The translations under genes and the position numbers were made by a program. From Takakia lepidozioides (Eukaryota > Plantae > Bryophyta): a stretch of DNA of 64,000 nt. Location: positions 55,056,001-55,120,000 of the forward strand of contig CM060734.1 of the NCBI GenBank assembly GCA_030704615.1. The letters run 5' to 3'. The notes under the pieces are model-generated. The model made no database searches and was not told where the DNA came from. It worked only from the letters and a program-made list of their open reading frames with translations. Shown piece after piece: positions 1 to 11,835 of the stretch (the first letter of the stretch is position 1; every line of letters begins with the position of its first letter).

Positions 1-1490
1 TCACAACTATGCTTGACCAATCTACAAAAGAAATAAACAGTCAAGCGGAAAAATGTACGAAGGCAGAAGAAGAGAATGTTGAGCAAATGAAACTCATTGT
101 CGATATGAAGAATACAATCTGTCGCAATGAGGATACTTTCAAGCAATACAGGCAGGTTGAAGCTGATCAAGAGAAGCACATCGTGGAGTTGCAACAAACA
201 TCATGGCCAATAGAAATGAAATCGCGGTCAATAACAAGGCTTGGAAGGAAGCAATAATCTACTTGCTGCCTATGCGAATTTGGTTGAACCTCATGCGAAG
301 CGCATGGAGGCTTTACAACAGCAGTTAGAATTGTACAAACTAAGAGAGGAGCAAACTCTCAGGGGAACCACAAGCAACTTGGTGGATAACAGCCTTATGC
401 AGGTCTGGTTAGCACAAGGGCCAGTGGAGGGCAAAACACCACGAAGCTCACCCAAAGCGAGATGAATGAGCTCAGACTGCAGTGCAGAACATTGCCACAA
501 CTACTATAGACAATGTCTATAGTAGGATAGCAGAGTTAAGGAGGATGTAGACGGACTGCAGACTCAAGTGGAGGACCTCACTTCAAACATCGACAAAAGA
601 GTCTATATCCCTCAGGAACAGCTAATGGCTTCTTATTTACAAGCCAGAACTTTGGCTTTTCAGTCTTCACAGGAGGTGCAGGAGATGCCAATGATACAAG
701 AGCCAGTACCACCAACACCACAACAAGTCACTGTACCAGTAGCTGAACCTGTTGTTACTACAACCACACCACAGCCACCACAGCCTGAGGTATGGGGCAA
801 TGCTGCTTTTAACCCACCTAAAACTCCAGCTGCAAGGGAGTACAGTAGGGCTATGATTATGCCCTTCAACCAAATTCCCATCATGTTGGATTTGGCTTGG
901 AAAGAATTTAGTCCTCCGCAGTCATTCGCACATTACTACCAAATCATGCGCATTTGGCTACCAGTGGCAACTAGGACTCACAGAAATTCGGCATTGATGA
1001 TATTTTCTATAAGGGACATGTGGCATGGAAATACTTGCACGCTGCACAAGTAATTGGTACCCCACTCACCTGGACAGACAAGGAGCTCAGTGTCTACACC
1101 AATTTTGCTGTTCAGCGGTTACACCAAGTTGTAAAATATAAACTTCCAGACATGGTAGGACAACATTGTATGCCCCAGAGGATTCCACAAAAAGTTTGAA
1201 AATTAAAACACCTGAGAGGCGATGAGGATTCTGATACAACTGTTTCTTCACCGAATTCTTTTGACATGGAGAAGACTATGCAATTCAGATGGCAGAGAAG
1301 AAGCGACGGGGGTCTCCTATGCTGAAAGGTTACCTCGATATCAGCCTCCAGAGGGCCTCACTTATCCAGGTAGTGTTCAACATCTCCGTCAACCAGAGAC
1401 AGACCTCGGGCTCGTACACACAGTCCGCCACGAAACTCTCAACGTCAGAAAGGTGCTCACTCACAAAGGTTTGCTAATCGCAATCAGTAA
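1..1490 (+). pseudogene. 3' part of family A extra ORF (copy A1): coiled coil, Pro/Thr linker and C-terminal region; frameshifted, with an internal deletion at about 978
   Basis: Near-identical to 36721-38564. It jumps GGACT|CACAGAAATTC at 978, skipping about 360 bp present at about 37700-38056. Stop TAA at 1488-1490 lies just before the PPT. Confidence 0.85.
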
Positions 1491-1511
1491 ACCGTGAGGA
1501 CACGGCTTTTT

Positions 1512-1525
1512 GAGGGGGGAAGGGG
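1512..1525 (+). other. Polypurine tract of family A copy A1
   Basis: GAGGGGGGAAGGGG, 3 nt upstream of the LTR TG. The same arrangement precedes the LTRs at 18076, 23218, 38601 and 43017. Confidence 0.9.
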
Positions 1526-1528
1526 TAA

Positions 1529-2185
1529 TGTTAGAGGACTGTGGGACTTAGACACTTTACGGGATCTGTAGGGTACCCTTAATTTTTGCACAGACTGAGA
1601 CCAACAGGAGCCTTAGGGGTGACAGCAGCGCACTGTAGAGGGGGTTACACAGCCGTCACAGCCAACACACACAGTCACAGCCACACAGAGCCCGTCACAG
1701 CCGTCACACACTACACCGTCACAACACAGCCACACAGCCAACACAGCCCGTCACAGCCGACACAGCCACACAGCCAGTCACAGCCCGACACAGCCAAACA
1801 CAGTCGCACAGCACAGTTTCACACAGCCAGTCACAACACAGCTGTCACGATCATAGGGAACGGAGAGCAGGACAGGGAACGACTGTGGGGAACAACACCT
1901 GCAAATGGAACATGTTAGTTCACGGACGACGGTTAGTGAGGGAAATGGTTAGAGCCGGGTAGGAAGATAAGGGAGAAGCAGATGATTCGAAGCACGTCTA
2001 GAGTACGGAAGCAAAGATGGAGAGCACGGTGAAGGAGGAGAGATGATTAGTAGATGCTTGTTATATGCAAAGCTAGCGTTAGAGACACAATGGCTTCGGC
2101 CTGATACTTGATAAATCATAATCTGATACTTATACGATACAATCACACTGTGTAGAGAGATCTGAGTGAAGCTGTGGAATGAATG
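1529..2185 (+). repeat. Family A 3' LTR of copy A1, left part (interrupted by element B)
   Basis: Starts TGTTAGAGGACTGT, contains a CACAG array at about 1648-1845, and is colinear with LTR 43017-43890 up to GTGGAATGAATG. Confidence 0.92.
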
Positions 2186-2245
2186 TGTCGTGATCGATTC
2201 CAAACCACACCACACATATATGCACAATAAAGTAGTCTGCCACAA
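2186..2245 (-). repeat. Element B short terminal repeat Y2 (partner of 2618-2662)
   Basis: TCCAAACCACACCACACATATATG and AGTAGTCTGCCACAAT recur at 2623-2662. This block is absent from the other end of the element. Confidence 0.85.
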
Positions 2246-2583
2246 TGATAAGAAAACTAGAAAAACACTGCTTATGAATCCATCGATATCACTCTTTAAA
2301 ACAGAAGTCGAGCCAGGGGCACCCCAAGCTATGGGGACTCCACCCCACAACAACCTACACTCCCATCATAAGCACACTCATCTAAACGCATGAAGGAGCT
2401 CGGTCGCGCAGGCTCAACTCGAGAAAGATGAGCTACGCGACTGCCGCTCTCGTGAAGATAAGACGGGTCAGGTGTCAAACTAAACTTGACACCTGATTTA
2501 ACACTTGACCTAAATCCAAGTGTTAAATACAAATAACTAGCTTTATTCTAGCTAGTTTCACACTGTGCTTATTTAACTTGACA
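2246..2583 (-). repeat. Element B long repeat X2 (LTR-like, 3' copy)
   Basis: TGATAAG..TTGACA, a direct repeat of 13209-13563, nearly identical over the last about 280 bp. Confidence 0.92.
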
Positions 2584-2617
2584 GCTGTTGTGCGCATACG
2601 TATCGCACACAACTACA

Positions 2618-2672
2618 TCGTGTCCAAACCACACCACACATATATGAGTAGTCTGCCACAATCGCCCCCCTA
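2618..2672 (-). repeat. Element B internal repeat Y1 with a short PPT-like tract
   Basis: The minus strand reads TAGGGGGGCGAT-TGTGGCAGACTAC. Y1 matches 2186-2245 with two gaps. Confidence 0.75.
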
Positions 2673-2920
2673 GCTGGTGGATAGGTCCCTCTACCTCCAG
2701 ATAGCTACAAGATGTAATAGCCACAGCCGTACTAAGTCCTCTATCACTGTCCTATGTACTCAAACTCTATAGACCAAGAGGCCGGGTACAAGAGTAGCCC
2801 CATCGTTAGTCGCCGTCTTGCAATCTGTGAACTTGAGCCAGGATCATGTTCAAGGTCTCCTGTAGCTGGGCCTTGCGTTTCTTGTTAGCCTTCCATGGTG
2901 TATCCACTCCCACTATCCAA

Positions 2921-3057
2921 TGCAACTGTGGACATAACCAATCCCCATCCGGAACCATCTCAAGAGGTGGAGTCAAGCATCCCATATGCCAACCTCTAGA
3001 GCATCGATCACACACCAGCATGGTGGCTGCCCCTTAGCAGACCCACACAACATGCAC
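2921..3057 (-). pseudogene. PHD zinc finger at the C-terminus of element B integrase
   Basis: CMLC-GSAKG..(frameshift)..MLVCDRCSRGWHMGCLTPPLEMVPDGDWLCPQ fits C4-H-C3 spacing with the typical P.G.W.C motif. The last Cys is shifted by one extra base. Confidence 0.9.
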
Positions 3058-4334
3058 CTCAAACCTGCAGATACCACTGCCAGGTTTGGGTCAATCCTGC
3101 CATCGACATTCGGAAGGTGACATGGCGCACAATTACGCACATGGTCCTTCCAAGTTATGCCATCCCGACCCTCCAAGACCAAGACGCCTGAGGGCAAGAC
3201 CTCTCGAACCCTCAAAATAACACGTCCTGCAGTCACATCCAGGGTCGTAGGAGCAGTCTGCTGCAGATAGACATAGTCGCCAGGGTTGAATCTCCGAACC
3301 CCAGGACGATAGCCCCCACCACGTATGGTAGCATACCTCAACGTATCACGGTGTTGTGCAATGGCAAGGTTCTCGAAAGCCATGGGCATGACTCTCTTGA
3401 ACAACTCTGCACGCTACTCACATGCACGTGCCCACACGTCCGGATCGTCAAGGTTAAGAACTGTAGCAGCTTCTCTGCGAATGGATGTAGGCAAATCCGG
3501 CTCTCGGCCAAAGAGAAGAAAGTATGGTGAGAAGGAGGCGAGTGATGCTTGCTTGCTGAACCTGTAGCCCATGGCTAACCAGGGTAACTGAAGGTCCCAA
3601 TCTCCTAGGTGGTCCCTTCTGCAAGCCATACTTGCGCAAACCCCTCTTTACTGTCTGAACAACTCTCTCTGCCAAGCCATCGGCCTCAGGATGATCCCGA
3701 GAAGAGGTGCGGTGGTCTATCAAGGCTTGTCACACAACGCCTGAAACTCCCCAAGAACTCTCTCCCTTGGTCCGTGAGTACCTCAGCTGGAGCACCGAAT
3801 CGGCTAAGCACACAATCCAAGAATGCATACGCAGCTCCCTCACTAGCCTTATCAGGCAATGGAACCAATTCATCCACTTGGAGAAGTGCTCCACCATCAC
3901 CAACACGTACTTGTTGTGGCGCATGGTCAGTGGCAATGGCCCTGCAAAGTCAAGACTCCACCTGTAGCCCAATCCCATGATCGGAAGAGGGTGCAATTGT
4001 GGGAGTAGGGGCGTTGAATGAAGCACGCACCCTGTCACACACCATGCACCTAGCCACAAATTGTTGCACCTCTGTGTGCATACCACGCCACCAGTACTGC
4101 CCCTGCAGTAGACTATGAGTGCGTCGCACCCCAAAATGCCCCAACTCCTCATGGGCATGGCGCACTAACCGTCCCGCTGTGTTGGGGAGGCACAATCCTC
4201 ACTCGACCATCCTCCCACACTCGGAGCAGGTGTGTCCCCTCCCACTTGAACCTCTTGGCTCGTTGTAGGATCCGATCCCTCTCCTTGGTAGTCACAGTGG
4301 CTGCCGTGTCTCCAGTGCGGAGGTAGTCCAACAC
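3058..4334 (-). pseudogene. Element B DDE integrase (frameshifted)
   Basis: HHCC finger (HEELGHFG..CMVC), WSLDFAGP, VLTDQGREF, HPEADGLAERVVQ, and C-terminal FNPGDYVYL. Confidence 0.93.
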
Positions 4335-4524
4335 AACTGAATCCTCATGTATATCTTTGCGCCACCTTGCTCATTGCTGGCCTCAGGGTCCTCAGACACT
4401 TGATCTACAGTCATCCCTGTTGCCGGTCCAACCTGGCCTTCCGCTGCCAAGATACACAAAATGCAGATGCATGCCATCCGGGCACCATCTCCTCGTCCGT
4501 CTCACCATGCCACCGAATCCAGTG

Positions 4525-5933
4525 TCATCCTGTTGGCTCGTGCATGGATTGCGACTCAACCATCTGCATTGCGATTGACCAACCCCGGTCGATGCACCAC
4601 CTGAAAGTCATACTCTTGAAGGATGAGTGCCCACCGTGAAGCTTCCCCGTAAGCTTGTCTGACTCCATCAACCACTTGAGTGGTTGGTGATCCGTGACAA
4701 GGGTGAAGAGATTGCCGTATAGATAGCACCTGAAGTGTGCCACGGCCCACACTGCAGCTAAGCATTCTCCCTCATATGAGCTATACTTAGACTCTGCAGC
4801 ATTGTTCGAGCGGCTAGCATAAGCCACTACGAACTCTCTTCCCTCATCATCCACCTGTGTGAGCACCGCTCCAAGCCCCAGCATGCTCCAATCTGTATGC
4901 AGCTGAAAAGGACGCCCCCTGATAGGTCGTCTCAAGATGGGCGCCGAGGTCAACCTCGCCTTGAGCTCTTGAAAAGCTTGTTCTTGCTCATCTTCCCACT
5001 GCCACTCCTGGTCCACCTTGGTCAGCTTGGTTAGAGCCTTTGCAATGGCACTAAATCCCTTAACAAACCGTCTGTAATAGTTTGCTAACCCCATGAAAGC
5101 TCGAACTCGGCTCACATCCGTGGGGCGTGGAACCTGTGCAATGGACTCTACCTTAGTCTGCTGTACCCCAATCCTCCAGGATATATCATGTGACCCAGAT
5201 ACTCAATCTGGTTGTGGAAAAACTTGCACTTTCCGGATGTAACTTCAATCCGTGCGCCCTCAAGCGCTCAAATACCCCTGAAGGTGTCTCTCATGCTCCT
5301 CCACCGTAGCACTAAAGATGATGATGTCATCTATGTAGCACCGAGCAACCTCCACCCCTGCTAGAATCCTGTCCATGACTCTTTGAAACTCAGCGGAGCA
5401 TTTTTAAGCCCAAATGGTAAGAACCGCCACTGGTATAGGCAATCCTTCCCGTGCTCATTGATCCCCCAGAATGCCGTCTTTTGCTTATCCGCCTTGATCG
5501 GCAACTGGTGATATCCGGATCGTAAATCCAACGTGCTAAAGACCTTGGAATGCCCAATGGCATCAAAGATCTCCTCTGGTGTCGGCATGGCATACCTATC
5601 GGACTTGGTCTGACGATTTACAGGCCGGTAATCACCGCACATACGTCTCTCCGTCCAATTGCCATAGACATCCTTCTTGGCTGGCATCACTGTGGCTGAA
5701 GCATACTCTCCACCAGAGAGCTCCACCAAACCTGCCTCCCAAAGATCCTGAGTTCTCATCTGAATCAAGGACCTCTCCATGTCACTGTATCTATAGGGTC
5801 TCCGAAAGATTGGCGTGTCAGTAGCCAATTCAATGCAAATCTCTGACCCTTCAGTGCTCCCAAGTCCTTCAAACTGAAGGCAAAACAATTCCTGTACGCC
5901 CTCAGGAACCACCGCATACGTTGTCTCTCTCAT
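4525..5933 (-). pseudogene. Element B reverse transcriptase and RNase H
   Basis: RMCGDYRPVN, FSTLDLRSGYHQ, LPFGLKNAP, YIDDIIIFS (about 5310-5338), FMGLANYYRRFV, LHTDWSMLGLGAVL, LVTDHQPL. Confidence 0.95.
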
Positions 5934-6329
5934 CCGGTGACAATGGGTCCAATGTCAGGCTCCCAATTGTCCTCCGTAACTGCAACCTTAAGTCCAGTGG
6001 CTTAGAGGTAGAGGACGCGTCCCGTGGTTGCTATGCTGCAACCTTTTGAGCAGTACTCCCTTCCTGCTCAGTCATTGACAAGGCCTCATCCTGCCCCATC
6101 ATCTCATCATTGAGAACCTCCTCATCCCGAGAAGAATCCCCAACCTCATCCATCACAGCTGCCTTCGCTGCCAACTCCCTCTGAACCTCGAGCACCTCCC
6201 ACGTGTGCCATGGATGTCTACACCCCGTGGTCCTCACCGGCTCACCCCCACTCGCTGCTTGTACCGTCCCGGTAGGCAGAGAGACCATGAAGGGGAGTGC
6301 ACTCCGCACTCTACGTTGCTCAGCCATAG

Positions 6330-7290
6330 CCAAGCTAATAATCCAGGTCAAGCAATTGAGATCCATTGCTTGCCCCAACACCTGACGTCGTGATGCCTCA
6401 GAAAGAGAAGGCACCGCCGTGGTCCCAGTGGAAAAACCCCATAGCCCGCTCTCGCTCGTCGGCATTAGGCTCCACTAACTGCTGCAATTGAGCATCCCAC
6501 AGGAGGCCAGGTCCACCATCCCGAAAAGCATGGGATCCTGGGAGCTGAGCAGTGTAGGTAATGCTGCTCGTGGTTGACCCACCCTGTTGACCACTGCCAA
6601 AGGCGAACGGTCATCGTGTCTCACACGTTGAGACTGCCTCCTTGTGTCCAAAATGCCATCCACGGTGAGGTGTGCTGGCCGCTGCACCCCATCAAATGCA
6701 CGCTTGAGTAGTGCAGGTGGCATCAAGTTAGTCCACCAAAGCCGTGGACGATGAGCCCGTGACCCCACTGCGGCTGAATCCAGCAACACTGCTGATCCAA
6801 GCCACGACCGGACTTGATGCACACTGGCCATCACCCTGGCCCGAGAATCGCCCATCAGTGGCACATTCTCCAAGATGTATGCTGGCGATACAGCTTGATG
6901 AAGCTGCAAGTGGCGCAAAATCCGCACCATCTCCCAAAACAGACCCGTCCTCGAGTCTCGCAATCCATTGCCATGCCCGGCTGATGAATGCCCTTGGCAG
7001 GGCCAACCTGCCACTACCAGATCAATGGAGCCAACCTGCTCCAAATCCGGCGCCCCCAACCAACGAAATGTCTGCTGGCAAGGCTTGTTGGTATCCACGA
7101 ACTGCAGACACTGGTAACAAAGCAGGGTACTGTTGTACCAACTGAGCAACATGGCGCAGTGAGACGCGTCGTGCAGTCTCATCCCTCTCCACATACAGGT
7201 AACACCTTACCCGCACACCTGCCTGTAGCACAGCAGCCAATCCAGTGCTGATCCCGCCAAACAAGTCCAAAAGGCAAATGCCTTCATCCG
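6330..7290 (-). pseudogene. C5 cytosine DNA methyltransferase domain inside the element B polyprotein (frameshifted)
   Basis: Motifs in canonical order: I LDLFGGISTG, II YVERD, IV DLVVAGWPCQGHS (catalytic PC), VI ILENV, VIII AHRPRLWW, IX ERERAMGFSTGTT, X RRQVLGQAMD. Confidence 0.93.
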
Positions 7291-7689
7291 GATACTGCCA
7301 CACAATAGGTGTGGTATCCAATGGTGACAACTGAGGTGGTCCTGGTGCAATACCCGCACTCTCCTCCTCTTCTGACGGTACAAAAGCCTCTACCCAGGCT
7401 TGTTGCACCCGTCGATCCAACCTGCTGCAAATCCTTGCTCGTACCCCACAATGGAGTGTGAGCAACCATGGCAGGCAACTCCGCCATACCATGCATGTCA
7501 TCCTGCTCTGCTGGAGGTGGCACATCCTCTGCATGGGCATTGCCTTCCAGCAACTCTCCAGGCCAACTAACTGCAGCTGTAAAGGCGGCTAGTGTTGGCA
7601 TCTTGCCCCGCTGGGCAGCCGCTATACCCCCAATGAATGTCACAGGGAGCTGTGCACGGCGACCATCGCCTGACTGCCATCCAGGCCTG

Positions 7690-8050
7690 TAGGATGCTGA
7701 CTCCTCCCAAAAGTCCAGGGTGAAGCCCATGGGGTATAACACTGCCCCACCAACGAGGACATCGTAAGAGACCGCGTCTGTCACAATGGCCTTGGCTCGC
7801 ATCACTGAGCCATCTCTAGGATGATCCGGCTGCAGTCTAATGGCCAACTGATGCCGTGTCATGCCCCGAGCCTGCTCTGATCCTCCCAGAGATGTCTGTA
7901 TCTGGAAAGGACAAGGCTCCATATCCGCCTCCATGAGGCCCAAACCTGCAATAGCAGCTCTGCCCAACATCAGTGGCTGAGTTCCCGAGTCCAACAAGAC
8001 CCAAGTGGCCGGTACTTCTTGCCTGCCGGTCCACTCAAAGTGAAAATGCC
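7690..8050 (-). pseudogene. Element B aspartic protease
   Basis: LLDSGTQPLMLG active site and downstream YDVLVGGAVL motif, in ORF 7284..7997. Confidence 0.85.
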
Positions 8051-8122
8051 TCCCTGGTGTCTAACAAGACAACTCCAGGTGTCACCGTGGCGCGCTCAAA
8101 GGCTGGCCTAGCTGGCAGCTCG

Positions 8123-10228
8123 TCAACTGGCAGCTGCAGCTTGCCATGGCGCAGCCGTGGCAGTCTTGACCCTCAAATCCGAGGATCCCTCTGCCACTAC
8201 ACCTTCCACTAACTCCGCAGAAGATGAAGTGACCTCCCCACTCTCACAGAGTGTTGCTGCTAGTCTAAACACTGCAGCTGGTCTCACCCCCGGCGTCGCA
8301 ATCATTGTTGCCGAGAACAGTGGGGCCTGACACACAGAGGTGGCTGCCCCCAATAACACACCGGTCGCACTAGCCTTGGCAGCAGGAGTCAATGCTGCAC
8401 GTGTAGCTCTCCCCAATGGCATAGAAACCTCCGCCTCGATAATAGTCGGGCGAGAACTAGGTGCCATGGATGGCGTCGACACAGTCTCCGCCAATGTGAA
8501 TGACTGAGGAAGCCTCGCCTGACGGCTTGCCTCCCCACGCTGTGGATCCAATTCCATCTCTGCACCTCGTGGCTCAGGAACTCGTGCTGCTCCTCGAGTC
8601 ACGGCTGCAGCAGACTCCACCTGCTCTAGTGGTAATGCTGCTCCGCACATAAATCCCATGCCTCCCATATCTCATCCCTCGGGAGCAAGAGGTGGACCAT
8701 CCCGCCTGGGAGCCGGTACTGCCTGAGCTATAGCCATGGCAGCGAGCCTCTGCTCTAGCTACTGAAGCCGGTTGGCCATGCCTTGATCAACACCCTGACC
8801 TCCGCGTCCTTGGCCATGTTGAGCTTGCCCTTGGTCTGCACCTCGTGCCCGACCACCTCGTCCTCTCTGGGCTGGTCCACCTCGCCCCCGGCCACCATTG
8901 TTCCCTTGGAATTGGCCTGGGCGCAACTCAGGATGCAAGTCATAACACTGGGCATCTCCATGCCCATACTTGCCACAATGCCCACACTGCAACTGTGCAG
9001 GCTGTGCTTGTGCCGGCCTTCTGCCACCCTCTGGGCAATCTCTCTTGACATGGGGTCCTCCACATGTCCAACATATCACCCCTGGTTGCTGTTGGCCTGC
9101 AAAAGACGCCACAGGCCTCTGCACCTGAGGTCCCCTGTAAGCTCCATGGAACTTGGGCTGAGCAGCCTTGCCCCCCTGACCACGCTGTTGGGCAGTCCCT
9201 TGTGCCTGTGGGCTGACAGTTGTGCCCCGTGCAGGCATGTCCTTGCCAAATCCAATTGTAACAACTCGCTCCTCCACCATGTTGAGCTCAATCCGCTCAG
9301 CCAGCAGAAACACATCTGCTAATGTGGGTTGGGCTGCTTGTAACAGGGTTGCATCTCGCACCCTTCTCTTGAGCTCCTTGTCCAGAATTCCATACCAAAA
9401 CTGGATTGCCTGAGCTTTAGTAACCCCTTGGGTCACACTTATCAAGCGCCTCATACGAGTGTACGCCTCTCGGAGGCTCTCATTGGGTTTCCGCTGGAAG
9501 TCTTGCAAACTTCGCAGCTTCTCTGTCCGTACGCCTTGGTAGTTCCTCCGCAACTCCTGGAAGAACTCCACCACCGGGTTGAATCTAGGCACATGTGTTG
9601 TAGTCGTGGCAGGAGGAGTAGTAGCACCTTTTGAACTGGTACCACCTGCAGAAGCACCAGCACTACTTGCTCCACTACTAGTGCTGGCAGTGGGAGCTAC
9701 TGGTACTGATGCAGCTACTGGTCGCGTCGTGCCTCGAGTAATGGAGACGTAGTCAGGTGACCAATACATCCTCTACTCCTCAATCTCTGCTTCATGTCCT
9801 CGCTTGAACTCGTGGTAATCGTCCATCGGCGGGCCTTCCAAATGCTGGAACAGTCCCTTCCACGCCATGAATGGGGTGAATAGCTGTGGATTGCGCATCT
9901 GCTGCAAATCACACCAGCTGTCGAACTCCTGGATAAAGTCATCCAACTCGATTGTGCCCACAGCTCCAGAGTACCTACGAGGCCCCTTGGTAGCTCCATA
10001 CATCTCCTCCATGTCGTCCCACAACAATGACGAATGAAAGTGCACATCAGTTGATGAAGCCTCCGAGTCTGTGTCTGACTCTACAGTAATTGAGGGTGGC
10101 GGTGAAGGTGGTCTGAACCGAATACCTCGTCTTGTGAACCCACTCTCACTGTTACTGCCTGTAGCCGTACTCTCCTCAAAACCCTTGGGTAACTCCGTAA
10201 TGACACTCACAATGTGCACCTCCTCCAC
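8123..10228 (-). pseudogene. Element B Gag and gag-PR spacer (one in-frame stop at 9773-9775)
   Basis: LDDFIQEFDSW, QRKPNESLREAYTR, knuckles CWTCGGPHVKRDC and CGHCGKYGHGDAQC, and an RGG-rich tail. ORFs 9773..10228 and 8759..9769 share a frame. The start may lie further upstream (about 10988). Confidence 0.85.
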
Positions 10229-11835
10229 GTGACACTATAAGGCTCTAGTACTAATCTAATAGTGACACGGGTGGGCACCTGTTGCAGTTTAAGGGTCATA
10301 TCCCAATGGCTCAGGGCACCTGCACCTGCACCTGCATCCACCGCAAGAACTCCTATGGTTGGCTGGTCATCAACCCAGCCTCACCATAGAAGAAACACTG
10401 GTGGTCTTGCTGGTCATCACTCCAGCCTCACCACCGACAGCATACTCTAGGATTGACCGGTGATCAAATCCGGCCTAATCCCTATGAAAGCAAGCGCCCA
10501 CACAAAACCAACATGGCGCACAGTCAAGCATGCAGGTGTTGGGGGGGATCCAAACACAAGAAATCAAAACATCAACACCCCCACACCAAAATCCAGCAGC
10601 AACGTTGATCCTGCAGAATATCCCAGCCCAAAACCCCGGACTGACTGGCCTCCACCAAGAGAGGCTTTGGCAACTACAAGTACAAGGTAATGAAAATAGT
10701 ACAGAGATGGAGGAGAAGAATAGAAGCCCGCCCAAGCAAGATCTAATCCTGATCTATGCTATCAACTGCCAGACTTCTCTCAAAGCGCCTCGCTCTGCCC
10801 TCAATGCCAACTACAGCAGTCTGTTGTCTACTGCTAATGCCTGACTCCCAGTATGCAATCAACTCGTCCAACTGTTCTCCACTCAAATCAGTCTGAGTTC
10901 CTTGGGAAACATAAATCCTGTCCCCTTGTGTGCACAGGCTAAGAGAAGAGACCTGCCCTTCAATTACGTCCTCATTTCCCCCAGCCATGCAAGGAGTACA
11001 TCCACAGATTTGTCTCTCATATAGACCAGCACAGGTTCTAGAGACAGGATTGTGGATCTTTTATGGCACACTCACACTCTAAAAATTCCATAGATTTTTA
11101 GCAGAGTCCCAAAAACAGAAACCAGGTCTAGGTAGGTAGATTTCCCCTTTCTGCAGCTATCCTCCCAAAAACTGAGTCAAACGGAGTCCATCTGACAAAG
11201 TTATGACCAGTTAGGCTCTAAATCATTTAAATTAGATCAAAAGGTTTTTTTTTTTTTTTTTTTTTAACACCAAAACGTTCTCGCCATTACAACCTGTTCC
11301 CAGGTTATCTATGGGTTCCCGAGGCCGTTCCCCTCCAGGCTTCTCCAGGCACCAAGAACTCTCCAACTCCAAGACTCGACCTCAGTTATGGATGGGGTAT
11401 CACACCCTGGAGCAGCAGGCGTGCGATAACGGATTGCCCTGCATCACCGAATTGGGGACAACGGCAGAGCTCGAGCGCCTGGGCTTAAGCGCATCCGAGA
11501 TTGATGATCTCCGACACAGTCTCAAGGCATTTCCACATGCCTTTCAGCTCTACATCAGCGGCAGATTTTGAGAAGTCATGCAGACAGACTGCTACAGCCT
11601 AACACTTTACAGCAAATTGAAATTCCTTGTGTCTGGGCATCAACACCGAAAACCTATGTAGGTACGCATGCAAAAATTGTTGCTGATGGCTGATATATGT
11701 GCCTATTCAAGAGGCCCGTTGCAGGTTAAAGGACGATTGGCAGGGAAATAGGCAAGAGTACTTTCCACTGAGCTGACCTTACGATCCCCAGAACTACTTG
11801 GAAACGGTAGCAACGAGAGCAGAGGTCGGACCTCA

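Noticed and set aside
1648-1845. CRISPR-like or satellite interpretation of the CACAG arrays
   Set aside because: There is no constant repeat with unique spacers and no cas genes, the context is eukaryotic, and the arrays are internal to LTRs.
1586-1918. Thr/His/Gln-rich or Cys/Val-rich ORFs over the LTR arrays (also near 32680, 38548, 43077, 49353 and 49487)
   Set aside because: They are translations of the CACAG repeats, and frame and length differ between LTR copies.
2186-2583. Hammerhead ribozyme (retrozyme) in the element B repeats
   Set aside because: I did not find a CTGANGA..GAAA core on either strand by eye; an Infernal scan would settle it.
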